From NCBI GenBank assembly GCA_051362555.1, contig CM120640.1, positions 8,060,001-8,124,000 on the forward strand: a stretch of 64,000 nt of DNA, read 5' to 3'. Source of the stretch: Lingula anatina (lineage: Eukaryota; Animalia; Brachiopoda). The position numbers were made by a program, and so were the translations under genes. Below the pieces are notes generated by a model. It was not told the origin of the DNA. It searched no databases and saw nothing but the letters and a program-made list of their open reading frames with translations. Within the stretch, counting starts at the first letter, position 1, and the number at the start of each line of letters is the position of its first letter. Positions 13,655-26,083 of the stretch are shown piece by piece.

Positions 13655-16600
13655 ATGTGTGGTAAATATCTCTACTTTTTGTTAAAACAAAGTAAATTGT
13701 CATCTGGATGCTTCTGTCGACTATTTTCAAGTAGATATCACTGCTTCATTTCGCTTAGCGTCACGTTGGTAATTGTTACATAATGGGTTTGCTTGCCGTA
13801 AATTTCATATAACAATTATTCATTTTAGTCCAGCTTCTTCCATGTTTTTTCTAGTATCCTAATATAAGCACATTCAACCTTTCCATTTCAGCGCCAAGGT
13901 TATATGCTGTCGCGTTAAGTGGTTTGTTTATTGTACTGTTCATGTTGGATACCGGTGCAACAAGCCCGGTTTCAACTAATCCATTCCCTTGGTTTCCTAG
14001 CGAAAATTTACCAAAGAGGGACGCTTTCAGAAATTTGATAGACAGATTAAAACGGGTTCAAGCTCGTTCTCAAAGCTTTGGAGCAAGTAGGCCAAATAAT
14101 GTTGGCGAGTCTGTGCTGGATTCATGGGCAGCTAGGGTGCGAAGAGCTCCAACAGCACGTCAAATGAAGAAGTTAAAGATCAAGAACCTAGCTCAAATGG
14201 CACATGAGGTCCGTTCGTTGTGCAAGGAATCATTCAGTTATTACGTGAGTATGTCCTTACACTTAAAAACCTAAGGAATAAATATAAGTAATGGTACAAA
14301 GATAAGCTATCCATCATGAAAGCTTGATACGTTAATGAATAATTCATTTTACTTACTAGAGAGGTGCTCACCCCCTACAAAATTAAACAACAGGTAAACT
14401 ATCCAGGGTGGGTCTTTATTTATATCAGCACGCCGTTAAGAATTATTAAGTGGAGCTCAACTTTAACGGCTGATAAAACTTTTCAGATTGAAAGAAATGC
14501 CTGATTTCAAAAAAACAATATCAGGTTAATTCCGTAGAGTATGAAATGTGCGTTTGTGACATTGTATTAATTTGAAGTATCCAAACCGAATGTAGATGAC
14601 GCTAATAGGTATTCTATGTTTGCTGGAAATGCATTACCTTCGTGCAATTTGGACTTTAAGAGAGACGTTAGGTGAGAGTCAATTCGTTGGAGATATATGC
14701 TAATGCTTCCGATGATCACCCAGTTAATCTCTGTGGTCTTTTCTTCTTTTTTCGTGAGTAAGCACATGCCAATAGGCACGAGTGATGATAAAGTTGATAT
14801 GATATAATAGTTTTGGTTATTGTATGAAATATTACGAACAATTTACAAACCCGTAAAGCAAAGTAAAACTCGATTACATAGTTTATATAAAAAATCAATT
14901 TGATCACATGATTAATCTTCATTATATAGTTCCTGTGACAGGATTCTTTAAGTGGCCAGTTTGAAAACGTGCTACTTTAGTGTAAATGACCATTTATTTA
15001 ATAAATCTGAGTAATGTATAAAATATTTGTATCACTATTAGTAGGTCATCAGACAAAAGGACAGACAGATGCATTATCCCCTAAGTTTAATAGAAGCATT
15101 TTGGTTGATGTGTTACGCTGTTTCCAAGACCTTTGGGACGTTGCTTAAAACGCTGTCCCAAAACCAGCTTGGCAAATAAAATAAATCGAAGCGAAGAGAA
15201 TTCAGACACCAGTGTTAATTTATCACCCCTAGTATTTAAACTTTCTGGTACAGATTTTGGTAGACGTATGTACCTATAATTTACAAACTTGAATAAATTA
15301 CTCTCGTTCAAAAGGGCACGGAGCACGTGCCTTCCATGAGACTGTACGGCCAGTTTCAACGATTTCAGCTATTCCTAATTACCTTACCATAAACCCTAAC
15401 ACAGAGACAGTATATTTCGAAAGTGACTGTTATAGACAGATACAAATTGGATATTTTTCAGTGTAGTAAGGTGAGGGAAAGCATCCCAGGGGTTTTCAGA
15501 AGCTGTTCAGAGTTTTCATCAACTTTAGTTGGAAAGTATGGACTACCCAGACTAGGTTCTGTCAGCGTTGAACCAATGCAAGAGGAGGACGCATTTACGG
15601 TAAGCTTATCTCTTTTTACTGTTTATGATTGTAAGAGAGGATGTACAGACTGAATATCATGTATGCCATAAATATGTTTTCTGAATGGTCTCACAAGAAA
15701 GCAAGGACAAATATATCTCAAATATGCCATCGTCGCTCTATTAATTGACGGCAGTAATGTACTTTTATCATGCAGTAATGTACTTTTATAAACGTTGCCT
15801 TATCTGAAACAGTAATAATAACATGTTAGATTAACAAATTGCAAAAGATAAAATACTATGATGCACTACAGGTCAAAATATTACATTTTGTCATTGATTA
15901 ATGATTGTGAAAATGTTCTATACTTCATCATGTGCCGAAATATCCGCTTAAAGAGGAAGAAATACAAGACATATACAATTGAACATATCGATGTATTCCT
16001 GAACAACTGATTTCTTTAAAAATGCAAAATTCGTTTACTTTAAAGCGTGTACCCTGTGTTCTAGCTACAATGGTATAGGTTAAAGATTCCCAGTTATTAT
16101 TCTAATGACTGCCATGTATTTTTTTTTTTATTTTTAGGTGGCTCTCAACAGCGTGCTCAAGGATGTTTCCCGCTACAGATTTGTGATGGCAAACGTCAGC
16201 AAGATGGAGCAGGAAGCACTGTGCCCTGGAAACCGTGGGTTCTGTCCGCAGCTTGAATGTTCCGGAGCATACACCTTCTATTGCCACATGGAGGACTTAA
16301 TGGATGCCACTTCCAATCTGATAACGAACTTAAAAGATGATGTAAGTCGTTCTCTTTTTGAATTTTGCGTGAAAATTATTACGTTTTAACGATATACTCT
16401 TCTGTTTGTATTCGAGCATTTATTGGTAATATATTTGTGATGGTTAGCTAGCTATGAAGTGTGCACTAAGCTCTGTAGGAGATGAAATGAGTCCTTGTAC
16501 ATGCAAAAGGTGCCCCACTTTCACCATCTCTATTATACGTGCTTGTCAGCAATTATGATACAGAATTCAGAGAATAAGTTTATTCAATGCGTATTTTTTA

Positions 16601-16789
16601 TTGTTTCAGATGGCAACATTGCAGATTCCAGTGGAACAGCAGCGAAATACAGTGACATTAGACAGTTACTCTTTATCTCCTGTTACCACAACGCCGAGAC
16701 AAGAATATACACTAGCATCTTTGCACCAATACTCGAAGCTCTCTTCGGAAATGCAAGAAATGTTTGTATACCTGTACAATCTTGTTTAA
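13655..16789 (+). CDS. Gene B: secreted putative long-chain four-helix cytokine-like protein, 293 aa, with probable furin-cleaved prodomain
   Basis: Exons 13655-13661 (ATGTGTG|gt), 13892-14244, 15462-15599, 16138-16341 and 16610-16789. All boundaries are GT-AG, phases are 1,0,0,0 and the frame is open (882 nt). N-terminus MCAPRLYAVALSGLFIVLFMLDTGATS is a signal peptide; an RVRR site follows. Exon 4 VALNSVLKDVSRYRFVMANVSKME..C..CP..C..FYC is homologous to the D genes. Gene model is strong; the cytokine call is inferred. Confidence 0.8.
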
Positions 16790-17142
16790 TGCTTCAAATT
16801 CTAAAAATATTTTTAAAACAGCATTATGTGATAATACCGGTGTACTTAAGCTTGAGAGAGTATAGTGGTTAGCCATTCAAAATTGGTTGGAGAGATGCCA
16901 GTGCCCCTGATACGAGAAAAAAGAAAGAATTGCTGGAAGCGATTCTTACAAATTTGCACAAATGCCCATTACTCTAACTAGATATCTATGGAAGGTACGC
17001 ACAACCACAGTATATCACTTAGACTGCCGCTGTTTAATATATGAGAACGAAGACATTATGGAGAGGACTGTGTTTGTCGAAATTTTGGTTAGATATCGTA
17101 ATGATCTCGATGCAAATTGCGTTCTCTACACTATAACCTATG

Positions 17143-17182
<40 letters not shown>

Positions 17183-17689
17183 TTGTTGTTGTTGATGGCT
17201 TTCGTTGCACCTGTATTGACCAAATGCATTTCGCTTCTTGTTGGGTTTAGCTGAAAAGAGAGAATTCCTACAAAGTGCAATTCAGTTATGAATTAGGAAC
17301 CTCCTACCGAGCGGGTAGGCACTGAAGTCGTAGGAAGTTCGCGTGTGGCCCTCCCTTCCAAGGTTGATCCCACTTTTACAGATGCAATTACACATTTCCT
17401 ACTGATTGAATATGAATAATCGTATACAACCGGCCACAACTGCTGTTTGCAAGCGTGCCAACAATGTTAACTTGGATGTTTAGAGGTTACTAAGTAAAAC
17501 CAGGCACTTTTTTGTAATATGCCTTGCCATATTGTATTGACGGCATCACAAAGTACGTGCTTTCATTCACATGGAGTAGGGATAAACGTGTAAAGCATGC
17601 TCTTAAATCTCCTTAACTTAATTGCATCATTCTTTATGTGTTTTTAGTGAAAGCGGCGATAGTTAGAGTAGATTTCATATGATATAAGT

Positions 17690-17776
17690 AATTTATTGTG
17701 TCTAATTTATTCTAATTTATTTACTGTATATTGTATCATTTAAGTTATGAATTTGACTGGAGAATACAATAATAAA
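17690..17776 (+). promoter_or_regulatory. AU-rich element cluster and poly(A) signal of gene B
   Basis: TAATTTATTCTAATTTATTTA near 17703-17723; AATAAA at 17771-17776. Confidence 0.5.
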
Positions 17777-20562
17777 GTGTTGAAAATGTTACAGATTGTG
17801 TAAAACTTGTCATTGAGCCATCTGGCTTATCTCCAGGAGAGCTGTGATAGATTGAATCACATGAGACACTCCCAGCACATTTTACCGTAAATCCCTAATC
17901 AGTAAGATGTCATTTTACGGGACCACACTTGGGAAATCTCGATTACGATTTGGTCTACTACATGATCGTGACAAGCGGTGTAAATGTGTTTATATCAACA
18001 CTTGCAATACTAATGCAATACTTTCTTCGCGAGGTCCAGGTGCCACAAGAGCATTTGACACGTGTTTGCACTGGTGATAAATAATTGATTACCCTAATCT
18101 ATTGGACATTGACACATTGTTTTTCTGGTTTAATTTTAGGGAGTAGTTAACCGCGTATAATTGTATTTTTATATCTACTATATTTTAACGGGTTTTCTGC
18201 TCAATTTATATCAGTTCAAATTTATTCGGTGATATGATAATGATAAACGTTTTGATCGCTTTTTATGCAAGTATTTGCAGTATATTATACGTCCACTGAA
18301 AGCTTCTAGTGATTGTTTCTTATCTATTGTCGACTTTCTGTTTTTTTACTGCATCCATCCGTTAAATGTCTGGCGTGTCTAACCACATCAACATTTCTTT
18401 TTGATGTATGGCGGAGCACTTAGGACACTAGGCACATAATCTACAGCAAAATACCAATTACAGAGATGGCCATTTCGCAGAGGTTGTCAATATACAAGAA
18501 GCACCTGTCTGAAAATGAGCCCTGCTAATTCTCTATATTAATCATGCGCTTGACTGCGAAAATAAGGGGACTGGATATTCGGTTTTTGTCCGATCACTTC
18601 GTGTCTCATATGATAAAATTGTCAAATTAACAATGAAATTGCGGCTGGATCAAATAAACGTAATCAACATATCTAACTCGAAGTTGGCACTTCTGTATAA
18701 ATATGTAGTGTTTTATGTTAAGGTATTCATTCATATGCAAAAAATTGACCTGTAATTGTCCACATCAGCACCAATTAAAACAGAAAGATAAAGAGCACAT
18801 CAAACAACTTTCTCAGTTCGTAATTTCCGAAGAGCACACGCAGGTTAACACTGAGAAACTTCAGTCTATTTCCAACCAATTTTAGGGGATTTACACAAGG
18901 AGCAATACACTAATCTTAAGAAATAGAACGTACTGAAGAACAGAGCAGAGTGGATATGTTTAACATATGGTGTTTTCACTGTAAACTTAACCACAAAAAG
19001 TCACTACAGGTCACTATGACTGGTCGGTCAGTGTTTAGAACAGCGGTCTGAAGATCAACCACAGTCTGCTTGGAATGGACATACCTGCTAATACCCAGTT
19101 GAACACCGGCGATAACTGTATATTATTTATAATGTTGAAGTCTAAATATAGAGAAATACTATAGATGTGATTTATATGAGTATCCTAAGGACAGTTCAGC
19201 TTGTTGTGAACTACACTAGCTTTATACGTGGATATATATTTTTCTAGAATTATTAAAATATATATATTTCAATACAGCCATGACAAAGTTTCCGGCTAAT
19301 AGTAAAATGTTCTTTAATGTAGTGAAAGCTGTCTATTACATGTGCAAAATCGTCGCGCACAGAAACAGATGAGACACAGAAACACTCCTTAGTTGGCCTA
19401 AAATCAGAGGAAATAAACACTGGCGGTCAGTATTTCGTATACTGACGCGTGACGAAAAGTTCTGTTCCTCATTGTCGTCTGACGAAATATCCCTCAATGA
19501 AACTTAAGGAGAGGAAACGGAAGTAGACGTTGGCTCGGCTCCCTTTTAAATTTCGTTGTGTTGAATATTTTAAATGATACGGAGTGGCTAATGATTGGTC
19601 GGCCTGCATTTATAATCATAGTATTCAACAAACAGTCGATAAATTGAGCTGAATTCACTCTCCCATAGTTTCTGTAAATATTGCCCTTCCTAATCTTTGT
19701 AATTGTTTCAGTCACACCATAAATCTGGAGTACCGTCTGTACGCCTGCGGTAGGGAAAAGACGGCAAAGGGGTCGTACAAAACATCCTCTCTCACTCACA
19801 CCCTCGTTTCAAAATCGATACCAGTGCAATTGGTCCTGGATAATAAAAGAGGAAGCGATCATATCTAACCCCTGTATCGCTTCTAGATATGATCTTGCAA
19901 ATTATCACAATGAAACTCTGCGACATATTACATGTGGCATCGCAATATTTTAAGTTGGCACTAATGATGTGCTTTTAATTGACTGCATGGGCACAAGTAA
20001 AGATGAGAAAGGAATGTAATGGCTTGGGGAGATGACTTGATGTTCGTTAATTCTTTTTTATTTTCTCTTTACTTTCTCTTATTTTTCTTCTTTTTGAGTT
20101 CACAACATCATTTTTATAAGTAGTACGTGTGCGTCTGAGTTGCAAGAAGTATTTTAATCAGGAAAAAGGACACAACGTAACGGTACTTAGTGTATTTCGG
20201 AGGCTCCCTTACGGTTGTATTTACAAAACAAACACAAGATATCAGAAAACAAACCACATCAAATCTCCTCATGTACTAGTGTTACTGACTATTGATTGTG
20301 ATTTTACTTCAGTCCCTATTCTATTGTCAATAGCATAGGTGCATGTTGCAATAGGGTCACTTAATCAGAGTTCTTGGCCATTGAAAAACTGCCTCGTTAA
20401 CTGAATGATCTATACGATATCATGAAAGTAAAGTGCGTTGCATGTAACGCTTAGCTACCTGAGCTAGATAATAAAACATACTACAGGTTGGATAATTTAA
20501 AGTGTCGTACAAAAAATATAGGTGCAGTAATAAGCATATCTTCACCGGGGACGGAAAATAAA

Positions 20563-20611
20563 GTGTGTGTGTGTGTGTGTGTGTGTGTGAGTGTGCGTGT
20601 GTGTGTGTGTG
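20563..20611. repeat. (GT)n microsatellite
   Basis: Near-perfect GT run. Confidence 0.95.
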
Positions 20612-23144
20612 TTCGACGGAAGGTTCGCCATTTTAAGGTACCAGTGACCTAATAAAAGTTCCTGTGTACATCTTCAACCTGAATTGACATGCCATCTAAG
20701 AGGGTTACTACGAGGTGATACCGGAGTTTCTGAATAGATGTTTCAGAATGCATTTACACTTTTCTTTTATCATGCTTATTGCCAATTTCCGATCACTGCG
20801 ACATTATCGGCGACACCCAGTCACTCACATTCTCTGAAACGAATCGGAATCGAACGGGTTCCTCTTTAACGTTACATTAAAGGTAGAGGTAAAGGATATC
20901 GAAAAATAAACCTGATAAACTTTTGATAATTGTTACCATGTTTGTTTCCATTGAATAACCTGTTCTGTCTGTGGTTATGAGTGATAAAACATTCAAGATA
21001 AAGGTATATGTCACTTTTAATGCAGCCCAAAGGTTCTAGCATATTCGCTGTCCTTTAATTCTATTATCTGTTTAGCACATACCATTACTGTGCAGGCGTT
21101 TTCGAAACCGCCAAAAAGACAAATTCTTTCTGCTTTTCGATTGCCTCTGACACAGAACATAATCATAAGATTAGGAACCCTGAAAGGATTTTCTGTACTT
21201 TTACTGTCAGATAAATGTGCAACTTTGAATGCTTTCCTCCCGAGGTTTAGAAAACGATTAAGATGGTGTTTGAATTGTTTCTGATTTACAAAAGTGCAGG
21301 AACTACGGGGTTTGCAATATGCTATGTAAAAAAAGTTATAACAGTTAAACAGATGTCTTGTCATGGTTTACTAAAATGCTAAGTCATGTTTCGTTCAACA
21401 ACTAATTTGTCTTGTGCACCTCAGCACAGGTTATATCCTGTCAACTAGGAGCGCTTGCTTCTTGCAACCTTTTGGGCTGATATATTATATAAGGAACTTT
21501 TGACGTCATTGTGTAATGTGAATCTACAATATTATTTGTACTGGTACAAGAATATGTTTTCCTTCGTTGTGTTATTTGTTACGGGCAACGTTATAACGGT
21601 AAGCAGGCAAGGAGCTGAGTCATTTGTGTAACCGGAAATTGCATGTCACTAAAGGTCACTACTATTAGCAAAGCAAGCAACTTCTGCTGGACTTTGTGAT
21701 AACACATTTTAATAGTTGATAAGTTATAAGTCGATAAGTTATAACGCCGACAACGATGGTTTAGTGAAATGAGTCATTTCTTTTTTAAAAAACCAAAAAC
21801 TGAAAACATTATTTGAGTCCCCTTTCACTGCTTGAGAGGAAAAAACAATAGTTCGTGAACAAATTTAACAGAAAATCCCGGTTTTTGATCATTTTCGTGA
21901 ACGTCAATTGTACTCAGAAAAATTATCGTCATTTTGCTGATGATGTCATATTAGCGGTTTTGAGATGAATGGGCATAAATAATAAAAAAATAATAATAAT
22001 AATAATAAAAGCTCGTATGAGTACCTGAGGTTCAACAGACCATTGTCAACAAGACCGCATTAACAAATGCCATCCATAATCTAGCGTGGTGTTACCCAAT
22101 TGTTCTTCACACCTTTGACATAACTACGCTTTTATTGGCGAATTATCTGAATCGTTTATGGAGTTAACCACCGAACAGATACATGTATATATCTACAACC
22201 AATTAGGATAAATGGGTTATGGTTAAAAAAAATTCTTCCAGGTACCTGTTCAGGCAACACCTTGGTACAATGACAGCCCTCTTCTACCTGTAATCGATAT
22301 GTTGATCAGCATAGTCACTTAAAATATGCGAGATATAATACATTGCTACATAACTAAAAAAATAAAGAAAATAACTCAAATTAGGCCACACCTTGATTTA
22401 TTTCAGGGTTTGTAACCTAGAAGAATTAAAAAGTATTTCTCACAGACGGTATTCAAACAGATCCAAAGGGTTCACACTTATGCACAGAAGGAACCCTGAC
22501 AGAAAAAAAGGCCAAAAATTGGGTATATTGCACTGGTTCTGAATTTGATGAGAGGAAGAGGAAGACCTTTCTTTTAGCATCACTAGAGAAATTTCAATTT
22601 CACTCTAACCGCCGTTTTTGTGTGTCCTTTACCTAAAAAACACCACGAGACCTAAGGTGTCAAGGTACTGAACCACGTATGGATATAACGTGGAGAGGAT
22701 CCATGTATGTCGGTGACGGCTCAATTTGCAACCAACAGGTCCCACGGGAAGTAAAAGTAAGGTAGTACCGCGTAGTAACGTGTAAGAATGATCATTTCTT
22801 ATTCAAAAGGAACTCATATGTCGGTGTGACAAAATGTAGGCTATGAAAGGTGACAGAAGTTCACCGTAATTAACAAATGCTAATCTTAGTGGAGGTTTGG
22901 GGCGAATGGTATCTACTCCTGCGTGAACCTCTCCCCTTCCCTTTTGTAAACATCTATATCAAAATCTAAATCAGAATGGACAGGCTGTGCAGATTCTTAA
23001 TTCAGTTTGTAAACTGTAAACAGAATATTCGTTCACTCAAGAAAGTCATACATAAAATATATATAAACCATAAATATAGAACCGTCATATCTCATGCCTT
23101 GTGGTTTCGATTTCGAATATTCCCTGCATAACGTGATACATTTG

Positions 23145-23575
23145 ATTGCGCAACGTAATCAAATTGCAGCATGAAGTCATGGGTCCCATATTATAGGAAT
23201 CTTGATAGGTAATCATATGATATCTTATTATATCCTGACCACATGTATAGGTAAAGTTAAATATACGTTCATTTCAGTATCAATGCTCGAACCATTTATC
23301 AATGGAAATACCAGGATATGAACGTATATGGAATGAGCTACTTCTACTATGAATAGTTTATTTTGGAATGTACAGTAAAGTTACCTGTTATCCATTGTCA
23401 GTGACGAAGAGGTATGTATACTGCAAGAACGAAACGGGATATTCCCAATAAAATTGTTTTAGAAAAATGAGGAAATATACCTCAGCGGTCATGGGTCCGA
23501 ATATTAGGTAATTAATGTTAATTAAACATATCTAAAAATACAGTCAATCCCATATATATATATATATATATATAT
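23145..23575 (+). promoter_or_regulatory. Promoter of gene C with C/EBP-like and NF-kB-like sites and a (TA)n/TATA element
   Basis: ATTGCGCAAC at 23145-23154; GGGATATTCC (fits GGGRNNYYCC) at 23436-23445; (TA)n at about 23552-23575, roughly 60-85 nt before the ATG. Confidence 0.5.
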
Positions 23576-23636
23576 TCACTTTTCTCAAATTCAAAAATCA
23601 AAAAAACTGATATTGACAAGCAACTCATTAGGCATA

Positions 23637-26083
23637 ATGGGATTCAAAGGTAGGTCAAATCAGTGCAGTGCTACATGTAAGGTGGATATATCAATTATTC
23701 CATAACGTTTTGTACCATGACTAATTCAGTGCATTGTTTCACCTCAATGTTTTTCTTTATTCCAGATCTTTTAACAATTATATGCGTACTGCTACACCAG
23801 GCACCGACAATCAAACCAGCAAGTATAACAACGGGATCCAGCGTTCAGAAAGATATAATCGTAGATATACGATCAGCGGCAACAGGTTTGATTGATAGTA
23901 TTGACACTATGTTGCTCGATAACAAATTCAAAATGGTAAGGACGTATCTAAGTTTCCCCCTGTCATTATCTTGATTTATTAATATATTCTAACCTTAATC
24001 AACAGAATCTGTCTGAGCCGACACAAATGTGCGATTCTCAGAAATCACGTACAGAATCACGGAAAAAATAAATGGGTTAAAACGAGTCACCGTCACTACC
24101 TGGAAACACAGTGTGCCTATAACCCGCAAGCAACAGCGGTGAAAAGCACCTGTTGGACCGCTAGCGAAATGTTTCACGTAATTCATTTTTATGGCGTAGA
24201 CAAACGACTCACTTATCGTAATTGTGTTTTACGTCAATTTCATGGTTATTGTGTATTTAAGTTATTTACTATGTACTTGTGTTTGATTAACTACTTTTTT
24301 CCAGTTGATAGAGAATTACAACCATTTCAATGTGGGATTTCCAACTTCATCGTGCAGTAACTACCAATCAGGAGACGTTATGTTGCAGGTATTTGCAATA
24401 ACTACGTGACTTTTCCATGTATCAGGATAAAAAATTCTATCATCATTTCCAGAAATGGGTTTAATGCAGATATTTTTATGACTACGCAATCTTAAGTTGC
24501 GCTATTTTATAACCTTTTACTTGTGCATGATGTCTTTCAGTATTTTTTTTAAAGAAATGTTCAATAAATTGCTCAAGAACTATTAAACTACCTACCATAG
24601 CCATTTGTTAACTCAAACCAAAATTAATGTTTTTCGGTCTGTTTAGCACGTAGTAAACGACATAGGGTGCTACCAGTCAATATTGATGACACTCAACAAT
24701 GCCTCCTGTGCATCGAGTTCAGAAAACCCCGTGTGTTTGATCTGCCGGGTAGGGATTTGCAGTACAGTCGTGAACGACTTGTTGAATTACAAAAACCAAA
24801 TACAAGTGAGTTGGTTTATTCTCTCGTTGTGCCTTTGGTAATGCTTGATTTAAAAACCATTTAAAAGATTAATTGTTGGACTTGTGCATTCACATTTCGT
24901 GATAATAATGATAATGATAATGGTAAAAGAAATCCTCATACATGAAGATTATTTATAAGATTATTTATTACATCAGGCCAGTGTGATCCTGTGTTTCTCC
25001 ACTTTATTGTTTCTGGTCTCTCACAGTCCCTTGCTCCCATTCTTCAATCTATCTTTCATTGACATTAATCTCCTTGATCACCTTGACAGTCTCTGTTAAC
25101 GGTCAGTTTATAAATAACCCGCTCCTGTTCTTCCTCCCGTCCTTATCCCTAGCTTTCCGTCCCTAGTGACTACACGGCTGAACAACTGACCTAATAGCTA
25201 TAGGCTTATCACCCAATTTTATTTAGAGTTTAGTGTTAGTGTTTTATGAATAATCCTGTTCACAGTGTGTATCTCATTTCTTTTCCTCTCATTTAATTAT
25301 TATGTGTCTTGTCATCCAATCTTTTCTTTCATTATTATACTATTTTAGTCAGTTCAATCAATTTTTGGATCTCATTTCATCCGTTTCTATAAAAAATCGG
25401 TACCTTTCTATCAGTTTTTGTTATTTTAATTAAAAAACATTAAAATGTGTTACACAACTTTTTCTGTTTTTTTTTTTTTTTCTTAAGATATTCCTCTTTT
25501 TCCTTGCAATCTTACTTTTTCTATTCACATATTGGTTTGTCCCATGTGGTACTACACACATTCGGTTAGGAAAATTGTAAACCGCCAACCTGCTTCTACT
25601 TTCCCCTTTTCCATCTTAAGTTAGCACACACTGGTCAAGGAAGTGACAGATTTTTTTACTCAGTTCTGTGTGCATTCTTTTATTCTAAGCGATCCATCAC
25701 CTTGATTGTCTTCTAATTTAGGAACTCTTGAGTTAAGCATATTGTTTATCAAAGTATTCAGTTGATAAACTGATGTGCTGATTCATTTATCCTGGCAAAG
25801 GCAGGTGTTAATAAAATATTCTTCTGTTTTATTTTGTATTTTGGTAAATTAAGAAAAAATAGTTGTGCATTTCAACTCAGCAGCAGAACTGTTGTTCTTT
25901 CAGAGTCTTAGTAGAAACACCATATCGCCACAACGTCTGCGTTCCAGTTGTACCAGCCTTGCCGGGGTCTTTAGCAAAACTGTTGCCACGAGGGTCGTGG
26001 CCTTATCTCAAGCTGTCACTGCACTGCAACATGTCACAAGGAGTCACCTGAAGTGTTTCACTTTGCCTCCAATTGTCGGATGA
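23637..26083 (+). CDS. Gene C: secreted putative IL-6/IL-11-type four-helix cytokine-like protein, 201 aa
   Basis: Exons 23637-23649 (ATGGGATTCAAAG|gt), 23766-23935, 24305-24388, 24647-24805 and 25904-26083, i.e. 13/170/84/159/180 nt, phases 1,0,0,0, open frame. Signal MGFKDLLTIICVLLHQAPTIKPA. Helical segments: IIVDIRSAATGLIDSIDTMLLDNKF, LQHVVNDIGCYQSILMTL, TVVNDLLNYKNQIQSL and ATRVVALSQAVTALQHVTRSHL. AATAAA at 26366. Confidence 0.8.
24960..25190 (-). mobile_element. Possible degraded LINE 3' fragment in gene C intron 4
   Basis: Purine-rich minus strand ending in an AATAAATAA-type tail; no intact ORF. Confidence 0.25.
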
